Of a stretch of 64,000 nucleotides of DNA, positions 8,934 to 17,400 are shown one piece after another. The translations under genes were made by a program, and so were the position numbers. The notes beneath the pieces are model-generated. The model saw nothing but the letters and a program-made list of their open reading frames with translations. It had not been told where the DNA came from and searched no databases. This DNA comes from Lentisphaeria bacterium. Lineage in GTDB: Bacteria > Verrucomicrobiota > Lentisphaeria > Victivallales > Victivallaceae. The stretch lies in NCBI GenBank assembly GCA_017507125.1, contig JAFWBQ010000079.1:1732-65731 (forward strand). The letters are read 5' to 3'. How positions within the stretch are numbered: position 1 is the stretch's first letter; the number at the start of each line of letters is the position of its first letter.

Positions 8934-9859
8934 TTTTTCACACATCCCGCAACTAAGAAAAGAACTGCCATACGGACGGCGAGTCCGTTGGTCACCTGTT
9001 CAAGAATAACTGAATTTGATCCGTCAGCGACTTCACCTGAAAGTTCAACATCCCGGTTGATGGGGCCGGGGTGCATGATCATGACATCGGGTTTCATAAA
9101 TTTCATGCTCTCGGCATTGATCCCGAAGAAGCGTGCATATTCGCCGGTTCCCGGAAAAAAGCCTGCCGTCTGCCGTTCATGCTGGATCCGCAGCAGATTG
9201 ACCACATCGGCATTGGCGACGGCATCTTTGAGATTGTGGCACACCTTGACGCCGGGAATGGATTCAAATTCACGGGGAACCAGAGTGGAGGGGCCTGCCA
9301 AAGTCACGTTGGCGCCCAGTTTGAGCAGTCCCCACATATTGCTCCGTGCCACACGGCTGTGAAGGATATCTCCAAGGATCGTCACATTAAGACCTTTGAT
9401 CCCCCCTTTTTTCTCCCGGATGGTAAAGATATCCAGAAGGGCCTGAGTGGGATGACTGTGGGCCCCGTCCCCGGCGTTGATCACACCGCATTTCAGTTTG
9501 GAAGCAATAAAAGCCTGTGCTCCGGTGGCAGAATGACGCATCACCACCAGATCGACCTGAAGCGCTTCGATATTTTTGACCGTATCCAGCAGTGTTTCCC
9601 CTTTGAGAAGACTGCTCGCCTGTGCCTGCATGTTGACCACATCGGCGCTGAGGCGCTGTTCTGCAAGTTCAAAAGAAACCCGGGTCCGGGTGCTGGGCTC
9701 AACAAAAAAGTTGACGACGGTCTTGCCTCTGAGGGCAGGAACCTTCTTGACCCGCCGCTGAGAAACTTTTTTGAATTCAGCTGCAGTATCAAGTATACAC
9801 TCAATTTCCTCTGCTTCAAGATCATACAGTGAAAGCAGATCTTTGCGTGTCCATTCCAT
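8930..9859 (-). CDS. pyrB: Aspartate carbamoyltransferase catalytic subunit
   Basis: STRTR carbamoyl-phosphate motif (FVEPSTRTRVSFE), HPTQ block and LHPGP-type block (MHPGPINR). Confidence 0.95.
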   Translation of the reverse strand: MEWTRKDLLSLYDLEAEEIECILDTAAEFKKVSQRRVKKVPALRGKTVVNFFVEPSTRTRVSFELAEQRLSADVVNMQAQASSLLKGETLLDTVKNIEALQVDLVVMRHSATGAQAFIASKLKCGVINAGDGAHSHPTQALLDIFTIREKKGGIKGLNVTILGDILHSRVARSNMWGLLKLGANVTLAGPSTLVPREFESIPGVKVCHNLKDAVANADVVNLLRIQHERQTAGFFPGTGEYARFFGINAESMKFMKPDVMIMHPGPINRDVELSGEVADGSNSVILEQVTNGLAVRMAVLFLVAGCVKK

Positions 9860-9877
9860 TATAAAAACTCCTGTATT

Positions 9878-10426
9878 TTAGAGGTTGTGATTTTCCCATT
9901 TGACAGCGTAAATACCGGGCTCCCCGTCGGCAGCAAAGCGGACAACAATTTTTTCGTCTGATGGAGGAGTGCTGTAAAGCCCCACATAATCAGCATGGAT
10001 CGGGAACTCAAGATTTCCACGATCGACCAGAACTGCAAGACGGATCAATCCGGCCCTGCCGTAATCGGTAAGTGCATCGAGAGCGGCCCGGATAGTCCGA
10101 CCGGTGGAAAGCACATCATCGACAAGAATGATCGAACTGCCATTGACATCGAAGGGGATCTCAGTTTCTTTGATGGCGGGAAGTCTCAAACGGTTGCCGA
10201 TATCATCCCGGTACATGGAAATATCAAGCTTTCCGAGAAGCGGAGCTGTTCCATATTTTTTTCTGAGACTCTCGCAGATCAACTGGGCAAAAGGAACGCC
10301 CTGATTATGGATCCCGACCAGGGCACAATCTGAAAAATCACCTTTAAACTCCGCCCCGATATCTGAAGCGATTTTCTCAACGGCGGCATCTATATCCTCT
10401 GCGGTAAAAAGTTTATTCCCGTTCAT
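9878..10426 (-). CDS. pyrR: Bifunctional pyrimidine operon regulator / uracil phosphoribosyltransferase PyrR
   Basis: PRPP-binding motif IILVDDVLSTGRT; 182 aa; sits directly upstream of pyrB-pyrC. Confidence 0.9.
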   Translation of the reverse strand: MNGNKLFTAEDIDAAVEKIASDIGAEFKGDFSDCALVGIHNQGVPFAQLICESLRKKYGTAPLLGKLDISMYRDDIGNRLRLPAIKETEIPFDVNGSSIILVDDVLSTGRTIRAALDALTDYGRAGLIRLAVLVDRGNLEFPIHADYVGLYSTPPSDEKIVVRFAADGEPGIYAVKWENHNL

Positions 10427-10469
10427 CTTCCGACCTTACCTCATTAATGTTTACTACTGTACACAGGAT

Positions 10470-10498
10470 AATATACTATCACAAAGCATGGAAAACAA
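10470..10498 (-). promoter_or_regulatory. Predicted sigma-70-type promoter TTGTTT-17-TATATT for the pyrR-led array
   Basis: Minus-strand -35 at 10498-10493 and -10 at 10475-10470, with a 17-nt spacer. The -10 lies 43 nt before the pyrR ATG. Matches the recurrent motif described in findings. Confidence 0.55.
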
Positions 10499-10530
10499 AC
10501 TCTTCAATCAAAAAAAGTCCAATTTTTTTG

Positions 10531-10558
10531 CAAAAAAATTCCCGGAAAAATTCCGGGA
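10531..10558 (-). terminator. Rho-independent terminator after the GNAT gene
   Basis: Minus-strand RNA UCCCGGAA-UUU-UUCCGGGA (8-bp stem, 10558-10540) followed by AUUUUUUUG (10539-10531). It lies 27 nt after the stop at 10585. Confidence 0.75.
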
Positions 10559-10584
10559 GAATCTGATTCGAGATGCATTCTTTT

Positions 10585-11052
10585 TCAAGGAGTCATAAGC
10601 AGAGCTGTTTCATTACAGCAGTTGAATTTCGGACATTTGGAACAATCACTCCAAATCTTTTCCGGAAACTCCTCTTTTGCAACCTCTCTGAAACCGATAG
10701 ACCTGAAGAAATCCGGGGTCGTAGTCAAAGTAAAGAGCCGCCACGAGGCACGCTCTTTTCTGAGTTTTCCGATCATATATTCAACCAAAGCTCTGCCGAT
10801 GCCTTTTCCCTGACATTCAGGTGCGATAACAACTGAACGGACTTCAAGCAAATCACCGCCGAAATCTCTGAGGGCGGCACAGCCGCAAACACGCCCGCAG
10901 ATTTCCGCCACTGCAAAATTACCGATAAAAAAACTGATATCCTCTTTACTGCGGCGCAAAACGATCCCTTGAGCCACATAAAGTTCAAGAAGCTCGAAAA
11001 TCGCCTCTACATCGTCTTGTTGCGCAGCCCGGACTTTCACAAGCTCCTTCAT
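10585..11052 (-). CDS. GNAT family N-acetyltransferase (amino-acid N-acetyltransferase-like)
   Basis: Acetyl-CoA loop CQGKGIGRAL; 155 aa; Cys-rich tail CSKCPKFNCC; ATGA overlap with the accA stop. Confidence 0.8.
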   Translation of the reverse strand: MKELVKVRAAQQDDVEAIFELLELYVAQGIVLRRSKEDISFFIGNFAVAEICGRVCGCAALRDFGGDLLEVRSVVIAPECQGKGIGRALVEYMIGKLRKERASWRLFTLTTTPDFFRSIGFREVAKEEFPEKIWSDCSKCPKFNCCNETALLMTP

Positions 11053-12041
11053 GCTTCTGCACTGCTCTCCTCTTCACTTTCCACGTAGCGGCCGATGGCG
11101 CGGAACTTGGCATAACGCTGCTCAGCCAACTCTTCTCCTGAGAGCTTCTCCAGCTCATCAAGATGTTTTTTAAGAGCTGCAGCAAGATTTTCTGCCGCGG
11201 CATCATAGTCACGCTGGGCGCCGCCGAAAGGTTCTGCAATGATCTCATCAGCGATTTCAAGTTCCATCAGCTTGTCAGCAGTGATCTTCAATGCGTCAGC
11301 AGCCTTGGGAGCATAGGCGCGGTCTTTCCACAAGATGGCGGCGCATCCCTCCGGGGTAATCACCGAATAGTATGCATTTTCCATAATAAGGACCCTGTTC
11401 CCCACACCGATACCGATGGCACCGCCGGAGCCGCCTTCTCCGATGATCACAGCGATCACAGGAACTTTAAGTTTGAACATATCCCGCAAATTCACGGCAA
11501 TGGCTTCTGAAATGTGCCTTTCTTCGCTGGCGACGCCGGGGAAGGCTCCGGGAGTGTCGATCAACGTAATAACAGGCACCCGGGCCTTATCCGCCAACTG
11601 CATAAGTCTCAAGGCTTTGCGGTAGCCTTCCGGGCTGGGCCAACCGAAGTTGCGGTAGAGATTTTCTTTCATTTCCCTGCCCTTCTGGGTACCGATAACC
11701 ATGACAGGAGTGCCTTTGAATCTGGCAAAACCGCCGACAACAGCCTTATCATCCCTGAACCTTCTGTCTCCGGAAAGCTCTATAAAGTTATTGAAGATCC
11801 TTTCAATATAGTCAAGAGTATAAGGTCTGTCAGGATGACGCGCCAACTGGACCCGCTGCCAGGGAGTCAGATTTGAATAGATTTCTTTGGTCATCGTCTC
11901 AAGTTTTTGAACAAGAGCATTGATTTCCTGAGAAACGTCAATATTGTTTTCGGAAGAAAATTTTTTCATTTCTTCAATTTTCTTCTGAAGTTCCAGAATA
12001 GGTTTCTCAAACTCAAGTTTCAATTCATTCATAATCGTCAT
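11049..12041 (-). CDS. accA: Acetyl-CoA carboxylase carboxyltransferase alpha subunit
   Basis: LEFEKPILELQKKIEEMK ... ARHPDRPYTLDY ... IDTPGAFPG are characteristic AccA blocks. Start trimmed to ATG 12041 (MTIMNELKLEFEKP) by comparison with the E. coli AccA N-terminus as I recall it. ATG 12032 is also possible; the longest ORF starts at 12095. Confidence 0.9.
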   Translation of the reverse strand: MTIMNELKLEFEKPILELQKKIEEMKKFSSENNIDVSQEINALVQKLETMTKEIYSNLTPWQRVQLARHPDRPYTLDYIERIFNNFIELSGDRRFRDDKAVVGGFARFKGTPVMVIGTQKGREMKENLYRNFGWPSPEGYRKALRLMQLADKARVPVITLIDTPGAFPGVASEERHISEAIAVNLRDMFKLKVPVIAVIIGEGGSGGAIGIGVGNRVLIMENAYYSVITPEGCAAILWKDRAYAPKAADALKITADKLMELEIADEIIAEPFGGAQRDYDAAAENLAAALKKHLDELEKLSGEELAEQRYAKFRAIGRYVESEEESSAEA

Positions 12042-12094
12042 ATCTCCACATTTGTCCTCAGCCGCCCCGAAGGCGCATCGATGACTTTTTTGCA

Positions 12095-13306
12095 TTATTT
12101 CTCAACAATATTCACCCGGCAGCCGACGGGAACAAGGTAATAAAGATTTTCCACATCAGCATTCCGCATCCGGATACAACCGTTGCTCAGAGAGCGTCCC
12201 ACAGTGTTTTCATCTTTAGCGCCGTGTATGCCATATCCCAGCAGAGGCCGTCCGGGAGCAGAAGCCGGAGCCAGTTTCAAAAAATATTCCCCAAGTTGAT
12301 TTTCCGCGTCTCCGTATTTAAAGACTCTGCCGTCAGGCAGGAACCAATCCGGATGACGGACGCGTGCGGCGATAGCAAATTCAGCAACAGGAGTTTTATC
12401 CATTCTGCCGATCCCGACCTCCCAGAGGGCAAAAAGTTTTTCGCCCTCATTTGTGACCCGATAGAGTTTGAGCAAACGGAATTTTTTAGAGACGACGATC
12501 TTCCAGTCCCCCGGGACGACATAAAGTTGTTTTCCCACAAAAATGCGGCTGCCGGAAATATTGTTTCTCTTGCGGAGCAGCTCCACGGTTGTAAAAAACC
12601 TTCCTGCAACTCCGCTGAGACTGTCTCCGCTGCGGATCCGGTAACGGATCACATAAGGATTGGACTTGCCGTTCACAAAAGGATTGGACTTGCCATTGAA
12701 TGCCATACCGATCCGGGCATCACTCAGAATACGCCATGTCTTACGGTAAAAGTCAGAATATTCAACAGTATTTTCAAGAGCCTGTTCCGCAAATTTTTCA
12801 GCACCGGCATAATCTTTGGCAGCAAGGAGTTCTGCGGCTTGCGCCAAGGCTTTTTTCTGTGCGCCACCAACAAGATTGTCAACAGGGACATCCGGAAGGT
12901 CAACGCCCTTTTTATCGCTTTCTGTAACAACGCCTTTCGGGGGCAGCACGGGATCTGTGGGATCAACGTTTTTTGTCTCTTCCTTTTCTGCAACAGCCTT
13001 CCCGGCGGAGGGGGATTTTTCCCCTTTCTTTGCGGTATCTTCCACCGCCGGAGTCACAGGGGAGATCTCCGGTTCCCTGATGGTTTGAGGAGATTTTTCA
13101 ACGGGTGCAGTTTTCACCTCCTGCTCCTGAGATGGAGCCGCAGAGGTATCACTTTTCTCTTTTCCGTCTTTGTTTTGATCGGGCCAGAACCACCAGAGAA
13201 GCGCGGCAGTAAGAGCACTGACTGCAAGAAAGATTAATGCAAAACGCAATCTTGATGATCCACTCTGCCGGATCCCCGGTTCAAGCCCGTAATTATAGTT
13301 GGACAT
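12095..13306 (-). CDS. L,D-transpeptidase (YkuD domain) with LysM domain and a Pro/Lys/Glu-rich periplasmic linker
   Basis: N-terminal TM anchor (LRFALIFLAVSALTAALLWWF), LysM (YRIRSGDSLSGVAGRF...ELLRKRNNIS) and YkuD catalytic block HGAKDENTVGRSLSNGCIRM. Confidence 0.85.
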   Translation of the reverse strand: MSNYNYGLEPGIRQSGSSRLRFALIFLAVSALTAALLWWFWPDQNKDGKEKSDTSAAPSQEQEVKTAPVEKSPQTIREPEISPVTPAVEDTAKKGEKSPSAGKAVAEKEETKNVDPTDPVLPPKGVVTESDKKGVDLPDVPVDNLVGGAQKKALAQAAELLAAKDYAGAEKFAEQALENTVEYSDFYRKTWRILSDARIGMAFNGKSNPFVNGKSNPYVIRYRIRSGDSLSGVAGRFFTTVELLRKRNNISGSRIFVGKQLYVVPGDWKIVVSKKFRLLKLYRVTNEGEKLFALWEVGIGRMDKTPVAEFAIAARVRHPDWFLPDGRVFKYGDAENQLGEYFLKLAPASAPGRPLLGYGIHGAKDENTVGRSLSNGCIRMRNADVENLYYLVPVGCRVNIVEK

Positions 13307-13345
13307 TAAATCAATTCTCCATTAAACATTGCTGCTACACTGTAT

Positions 13346-13374
13346 AATATATACCTGACTCAGAACATTTTCAA
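13346..13374 (-). promoter_or_regulatory. Predicted promoter TTGAAA-17-TATATT for the L,D-transpeptidase/accA/GNAT unit
   Basis: Minus-strand -35 at 13374-13369 (inside the 3-prime end of the AAC(3)-like gene) and -10 at 13351-13346. Confidence 0.55.
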
Positions 13375-14106
13375 GTTTCGGGATACTCTTCCTGATGCAA
13401 AGAGAGTTTTTTTGCGGCACAACAGACGCAAAAGTCGGGAGACACACTCTGAACTGTTTAAAACAAGCACATCACAGCAATCCCAGCGGTTTCTTGAAAG
13501 AAGCCCGGAATCCCGGAAGACTGTTTCCGCCTTCGGATAATTGAGAAAATGCCTACCCAGGTGCATTCTGATGCGGAGCCGTCTGTTTCTGCCGTTTGGC
13601 AGAGCAAGTCTGCGCCGGTAGAATCTTTTGGTCAGCACAGCTGCTCCGGCCCACTCTTCGGCGGCAGCGATCATTCCGGAGCGTTCCAAGCCGCAGCCGA
13701 TAAAGATACACTTTGCTCCCTTTTGAAAAAGTTTCCACCAGGGAGAGGAGGCAGAAAACTCAGAAATACTGTTTTCATGGCCCTCCATAAGCCACTGGCT
13801 GCCGCTGCCCAGCGCAGCAAGCGCGCCCGCAGGATGCCGGGAACGCACGACTCCGGGCTGCAGACGGAACATTTCCGAAAGTTCTCCATCACCGGAAGGC
13901 GTCGACACAGGATCAAAAATCCCCCCCGGTACGGCACTCTGCCTGTCATGTCCGGCGGGCATGACCAAAGTCCCCGGAGCAAAAAAATCAGTCAGTTCCG
14001 CGAGAAGTGATTTCATATCCCATTCCTTGCTGCTCAACGTGCAATAAACAACAACAGTATCACTTCTTTTCACTCCGCAACTGAGCAAAAGGTCACTTAT
14101 TCTCAT
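13360..14106 (-). CDS. Aminoglycoside N(3)-acetyltransferase (AAC(3), Antibiotic_NAT) family protein
   Basis: Family-typical blocks: GVKRSDTVVVYCTLSS, GTLVMP, PGVVRSRHPAGALAALG, SPWWKLF. The longest ORF starts at GTG 14133; I prefer ATG 14106 (MRISDLLLSCG). Confidence 0.7.
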   Translation of the reverse strand: MRISDLLLSCGVKRSDTVVVYCTLSSKEWDMKSLLAELTDFFAPGTLVMPAGHDRQSAVPGGIFDPVSTPSGDGELSEMFRLQPGVVRSRHPAGALAALGSGSQWLMEGHENSISEFSASSPWWKLFQKGAKCIFIGCGLERSGMIAAAEEWAGAAVLTKRFYRRRLALPNGRNRRLRIRMHLGRHFLNYPKAETVFRDSGLLSRNRWDCCDVLVLNSSECVSRLLRLLCRKKTLFASGRVSRNLKMF

Positions 14107-14165
14107 AGTCAATACTTTCAAACTGCTTTCCACAAACTCTCTGCCAGGGAGAGAGACGGAGCTAT

Positions 14166-14194
14166 ATTATAACAGCCCCCGGAGGATTTTTCAA
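14166..14194 (-). promoter_or_regulatory. Predicted promoter TTGAAA-17-TATAAT for the AAC(3)-like gene
   Basis: Minus-strand -35 at 14194-14189 and -10 at 14171-14166. Divergent from the ffh promoter. Confidence 0.55.
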
Positions 14195-14243
14195 GTCTTT
14201 ATGAAAAAAAAGGGAATTTTTTCATCTTGCATGCCTTAACAAC

Positions 14244-14272
14244 TTGAACTTATCAGCAACTGAAGCTATATT
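14244..14272 (+). promoter_or_regulatory. Predicted promoter TTGAAC-17-TATATT for the ffh-led array
   Basis: -35 at 14244-14249 and -10 at 14267-14272, 45 nt before the ffh ATG. Confidence 0.6.
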
Positions 14273-14317
14273 ATTAGATGAATTAGTGTCAAAAAATCAA
14301 AACAACAGGAAAAGAAG

Positions 14318-15769
14318 ATGTTTGAATCGTTAAGCGACAGACTGCATGATGTTCTGAAAAAATTGCGGGGAGAGAGCCGGCTCACAGAAGAAAATATCTC
14401 AGAGGCAATGCGCGAGATCCGCGTGGCACTGCTCGAAGCGGATGTCAACCTCAAGATCGCCGGAGAGTTTATCGAGTCAGTAAAACAGGAGTGTATCGGT
14501 CAGGACGTGCTCCGGAGCGTTACTCCCGGACAGCAGGTCATCAAAATCGTTCATGACCGTTTGATCGACCTTCTGGGCGAAGCCGCAGAACTCCAGCTCA
14601 AGAGCCGTCCGAGTGTCATTATGCTTGCCGGTCTCCACGGCAGCGGTAAAACGACCACGGCCGGAAAACTTGCCCTTAATTTGAAACGCAGCGGCAAAAA
14701 AGTGCTCCTTGTGGCTGGTGACGTGTACCGTCCTGCTGCCATTGATCAGCTTGAGATCATCGGCCGCCAGATCGATGTCAATGTCCATGTTGAAAGAACC
14801 AGCGTCAATGTCGCTGCAATCGCCCGCAACGCAGTGGAAAATGCCCAGAAACAGAACTACGACGTTGTCATCATTGATACCGCGGGACGTCTGCAGATCG
14901 ATGAGACCATGGTTCAGGAACTGGTGCGGATCCGTCAGGCCGTCACCCCCGATGAAGTGCTGCTGGTGGCTGATGCAGCCTTGGGGCAGGAAGCTGTCTC
15001 TGTTGGTGAACACTTCAACAATGCCCTCGCACTGACCGGTTTTATCCTCACCAAACTTGACGGTGATGCCAGAGGCGGTGCCGCGCTTTCGATCCGCAAA
15101 GCAACTGGGGTTCCGGTCAAATTCATCGGTCTGGGTGAAAAACTTGATGCCCTTGAGCCCTTCTTCCCCGAACGCATGGCCGGACGTATCCTCGGCATGG
15201 GTGACGTGGTCTCTCTGGTGGAAAAAGCCGCTGCAGATGTGGACGAAGCAGAAGCAAAGGCGCTTCAGGAAAAGCTTCGCAAAAACAAATTTGACTACGA
15301 TGATTTCCTTTCCCAGCTCCGTCATATCAGCCGTCTGGGAGGCTTGGAAAACATCCTCAAGTTTCTTCCCGGCGGACGTCAGCTTTCCAACGCCATGGCG
15401 GATGTGGACCCCCGTCACTTCAAACGGATGGAAGCCATTATCCTTTCTATGACCAGGAAAGAACGCTCCAATCCCGATCTCATCGACTTCCCCCGCCGTA
15501 AACGTATTGCCAAAGGTGCCGGCGTTCCCGTGGAGACAGTCAGTACTCTTGTCAAACAGTTTGAAACCATGCGCAAGATGATGCGTCAGAACGGTCTTCT
15601 CGGCAGACTCATGTCCGGCGGGCAGATGCCTGACTCACCTGTTCCCGGACCCATGGGCGGACTTTTCGGCGGAGCGGCTCAAGTCAGCAAAAAGGAGCAG
15701 GAGCACAAAAAGAAAATTGCCAAACTGGCTAAAAAAGAACGCGCCAAACAGCGTAAACGCAAAAAATAA
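14318..15769 (+). CDS. ffh: Signal recognition particle protein Ffh
   Basis: SRP GTPase motifs GLHGSGKTTT, DTAGR and TKLDGD, a Met-rich M domain, and a Lys/Arg-rich C-terminal tail. Confidence 0.95.
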   Translation: MFESLSDRLHDVLKKLRGESRLTEENISEAMREIRVALLEADVNLKIAGEFIESVKQECIGQDVLRSVTPGQQVIKIVHDRLIDLLGEAAELQLKSRPSVIMLAGLHGSGKTTTAGKLALNLKRSGKKVLLVAGDVYRPAAIDQLEIIGRQIDVNVHVERTSVNVAAIARNAVENAQKQNYDVVIIDTAGRLQIDETMVQELVRIRQAVTPDEVLLVADAALGQEAVSVGEHFNNALALTGFILTKLDGDARGGAALSIRKATGVPVKFIGLGEKLDALEPFFPERMAGRILGMGDVVSLVEKAAADVDEAEAKALQEKLRKNKFDYDDFLSQLRHISRLGGLENILKFLPGGRQLSNAMADVDPRHFKRMEAIILSMTRKERSNPDLIDFPRRKRIAKGAGVPVETVSTLVKQFETMRKMMRQNGLLGRLMSGGQMPDSPVPGPMGGLFGGAAQVSKKEQEHKKKIAKLAKKERAKQRKRKK

Positions 15770-15790
15770 TATTGCAGAAGGGTTTTATAT

Positions 15791-16597
15791 ATGCTGAGTA
15801 TTCTTATTGCAGCCCTCACAGGTGCCGGGATCGCTGCTGCCATGATCGTTGATCAGCAGCACATCGCCTGGAGTATCGTCAGCGGTATTGCAGGATATGT
15901 GGTCGTTCAAATCATCATCAGTCTGATTCTTCGCAAAAAAATCAATGCCGTTCAGGCAGAGATCCAGGCGGAAATGAATGCTGACAGGGAACGCATCAAC
16001 CGTCAGCTGACCACATTCCAACAGCGTCAGCCCGGCAACATGAATGGTCTCAAACAGCTTGCCGACCGTCTTCAAAGCGAAGTCTCAAGAAAAGTTCTTG
16101 CCGCCACAGATCGTTTCAAAGTCTTCTATCCCTGGAGCCCCATGCTCTATAAGCAGATCAACGCCATGAAAATGCAGCTCTATTTTCAGATCAGAGACTA
16201 TGCTGAAGTTGATCGCCTGCTGCCTAAGTCCATGCTGCTGGATCCTCTTTCTCTTTCCATCAAGCTGGTGCGCATGTACAAAAACGAAGACAGGGATCTT
16301 GACAATTTCTACAATAAAAAATGTACCAGGTTCAAAAATGAACAAGGCGCTTTCGTTGCCTGTGTCTACGCCTGGATCAAACTGAAACAACAGAACACGC
16401 AGGCTGCAGTTGCCGCTCTGCGTTCAGCAAGAAAACTTTCGGACCATCCCGTGCTTGTGGAAAATCTTGACAAACTTCTCAACGACAAAAAGAAGGATTT
16501 TTCCAATGCCGGATTCGGCGAACAGTGGTACGCCCTCGGTCTTGAAGAGTTCAAGCCCAAAGCGGTACGCCGCCGCAACAACGGTCCCATGTACTGA
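15791..16597 (+). CDS. Hypothetical membrane-anchored helical protein
   Basis: Two N-terminal hydrophobic helices (ILIAALTGAGIAAAMIV, IVSGIAGYVVVQIIISLIL) followed by helical/TPR-like sequence. Its TGA shares 1 nt with the mlaE ATG (ATGA is not formed; the junction reads TGATG). No family recognised. Confidence 0.55.
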   Translation: MLSILIAALTGAGIAAAMIVDQQHIAWSIVSGIAGYVVVQIIISLILRKKINAVQAEIQAEMNADRERINRQLTTFQQRQPGNMNGLKQLADRLQSEVSRKVLAATDRFKVFYPWSPMLYKQINAMKMQLYFQIRDYAEVDRLLPKSMLLDPLSLSIKLVRMYKNEDRDLDNFYNKKCTRFKNEQGAFVACVYAWIKLKQQNTQAAVAALRSARKLSDHPVLVENLDKLLNDKKKDFSNAGFGEQWYALGLEEFKPKAVRRRNNGPMY

Positions 16598-17397
16598 TGG
16601 ATGAGATTCTGCCCAGTTCAAATTGGATCGGCAGAATAAAAAAAACTGCCGCCTCTGCAACAGCTCCGGTCATTTTTATCGGAGCTGTTGCTGTTGCTTT
16701 GCCCCAGATCATTAAAAAACGCACTTTAAGACTCAAAGACCTTGTTTACTATCTTGACCTGTGCGGCACCAAATCTCTGGGGGTAGTCCTGTTGATAAGC
16801 GCCCTTATGGGCATGGTTCTTGCCATTCAGGGAGCACTGCAGCTGAAAAAGGTGGGAACTGATATTTTTATCGTCGATCTCGTGGGATTTGCCGTTTTGA
16901 AGGAGTTCGGTCCTCTGATGGTGGCGATCATCGCCACCGGCAGAGCGGGGTCTGCTTTTGCCGCCGAGATCGGCACCATGAAGGTCAACGAAGAAATTTT
17001 TGCCCTGAAAACCCTCGGCATCTCGCCGGAGTCGTTTCTTGTTGTCCCCAAACTGATCTCCATGCTTATTGCCATGCCGCTCCTGACAGTTTTTGCTGAT
17101 GCCGCCGGAATTCTGGGGGGAGCTGCGGTCGGAATCACTTATATGGATATTCCTCCGGGGGCATACATGGAAAGAACCTTTGATGTTCTCGACGAAATGA
17201 CCTTTGTTCTGGGTGTTCTCAAAAGTTCTGTCTTTTCGATTCTGATAACCCTTGCCGGATGCTACTGCGGATTCAAAGCCGCCGGTGACGCTCAGGGAGT
17301 CGGCAGAGGCGCAACTCAGGCTGTGGTGGTCTCGATTTTTCTCGTCATCGTCGCCGATGCGATCCTCACACTGCTTTATTCTTTTGCCGGATACTGA
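16597..17397 (+). CDS. mlaE: MlaE-family ABC transporter permease
   Basis: 266-aa multi-pass protein with an MlaE/Ttg2B-like sequence (LKEFGPLMVAIIATGRAGSAFAAEIGTMKVNEEI). Followed by the ATPase and MCE genes. Confidence 0.85.
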   Translation: MDEILPSSNWIGRIKKTAASATAPVIFIGAVAVALPQIIKKRTLRLKDLVYYLDLCGTKSLGVVLLISALMGMVLAIQGALQLKKVGTDIFIVDLVGFAVLKEFGPLMVAIIATGRAGSAFAAEIGTMKVNEEIFALKTLGISPESFLVVPKLISMLIAMPLLTVFADAAGILGGAAVGITYMDIPPGAYMERTFDVLDEMTFVLGVLKSSVFSILITLAGCYCGFKAAGDAQGVGRGATQAVVVSIFLVIVADAILTLLYSFAGY

Positions 17398-17400
17398 CCT

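Noticed and set aside
9860-10469. PyrR-binding attenuator RNA (Bacillus-type anti-antiterminator loop, consensus ARUCCAGAGAGGYU as I recall it) in the pyrR leader or between pyrR and pyrB.
   Set aside because: The pyrR leader is ~43 nt and the pyrR-pyrB gap only 18 nt. I see no UCCAGAGAGG-like loop and no terminator hairpin, so there is no evidence for attenuation control here.
12655-12702. 24-nt tandem duplication in the L,D-transpeptidase gene (encodes NGKSNPFV-NGKSNPYV).
   Set aside because: Only ~16 nt are identical between the copies. It is in frame and sits in a linker before the LysM domain. It is most simply an old slippage event of no evident consequence.
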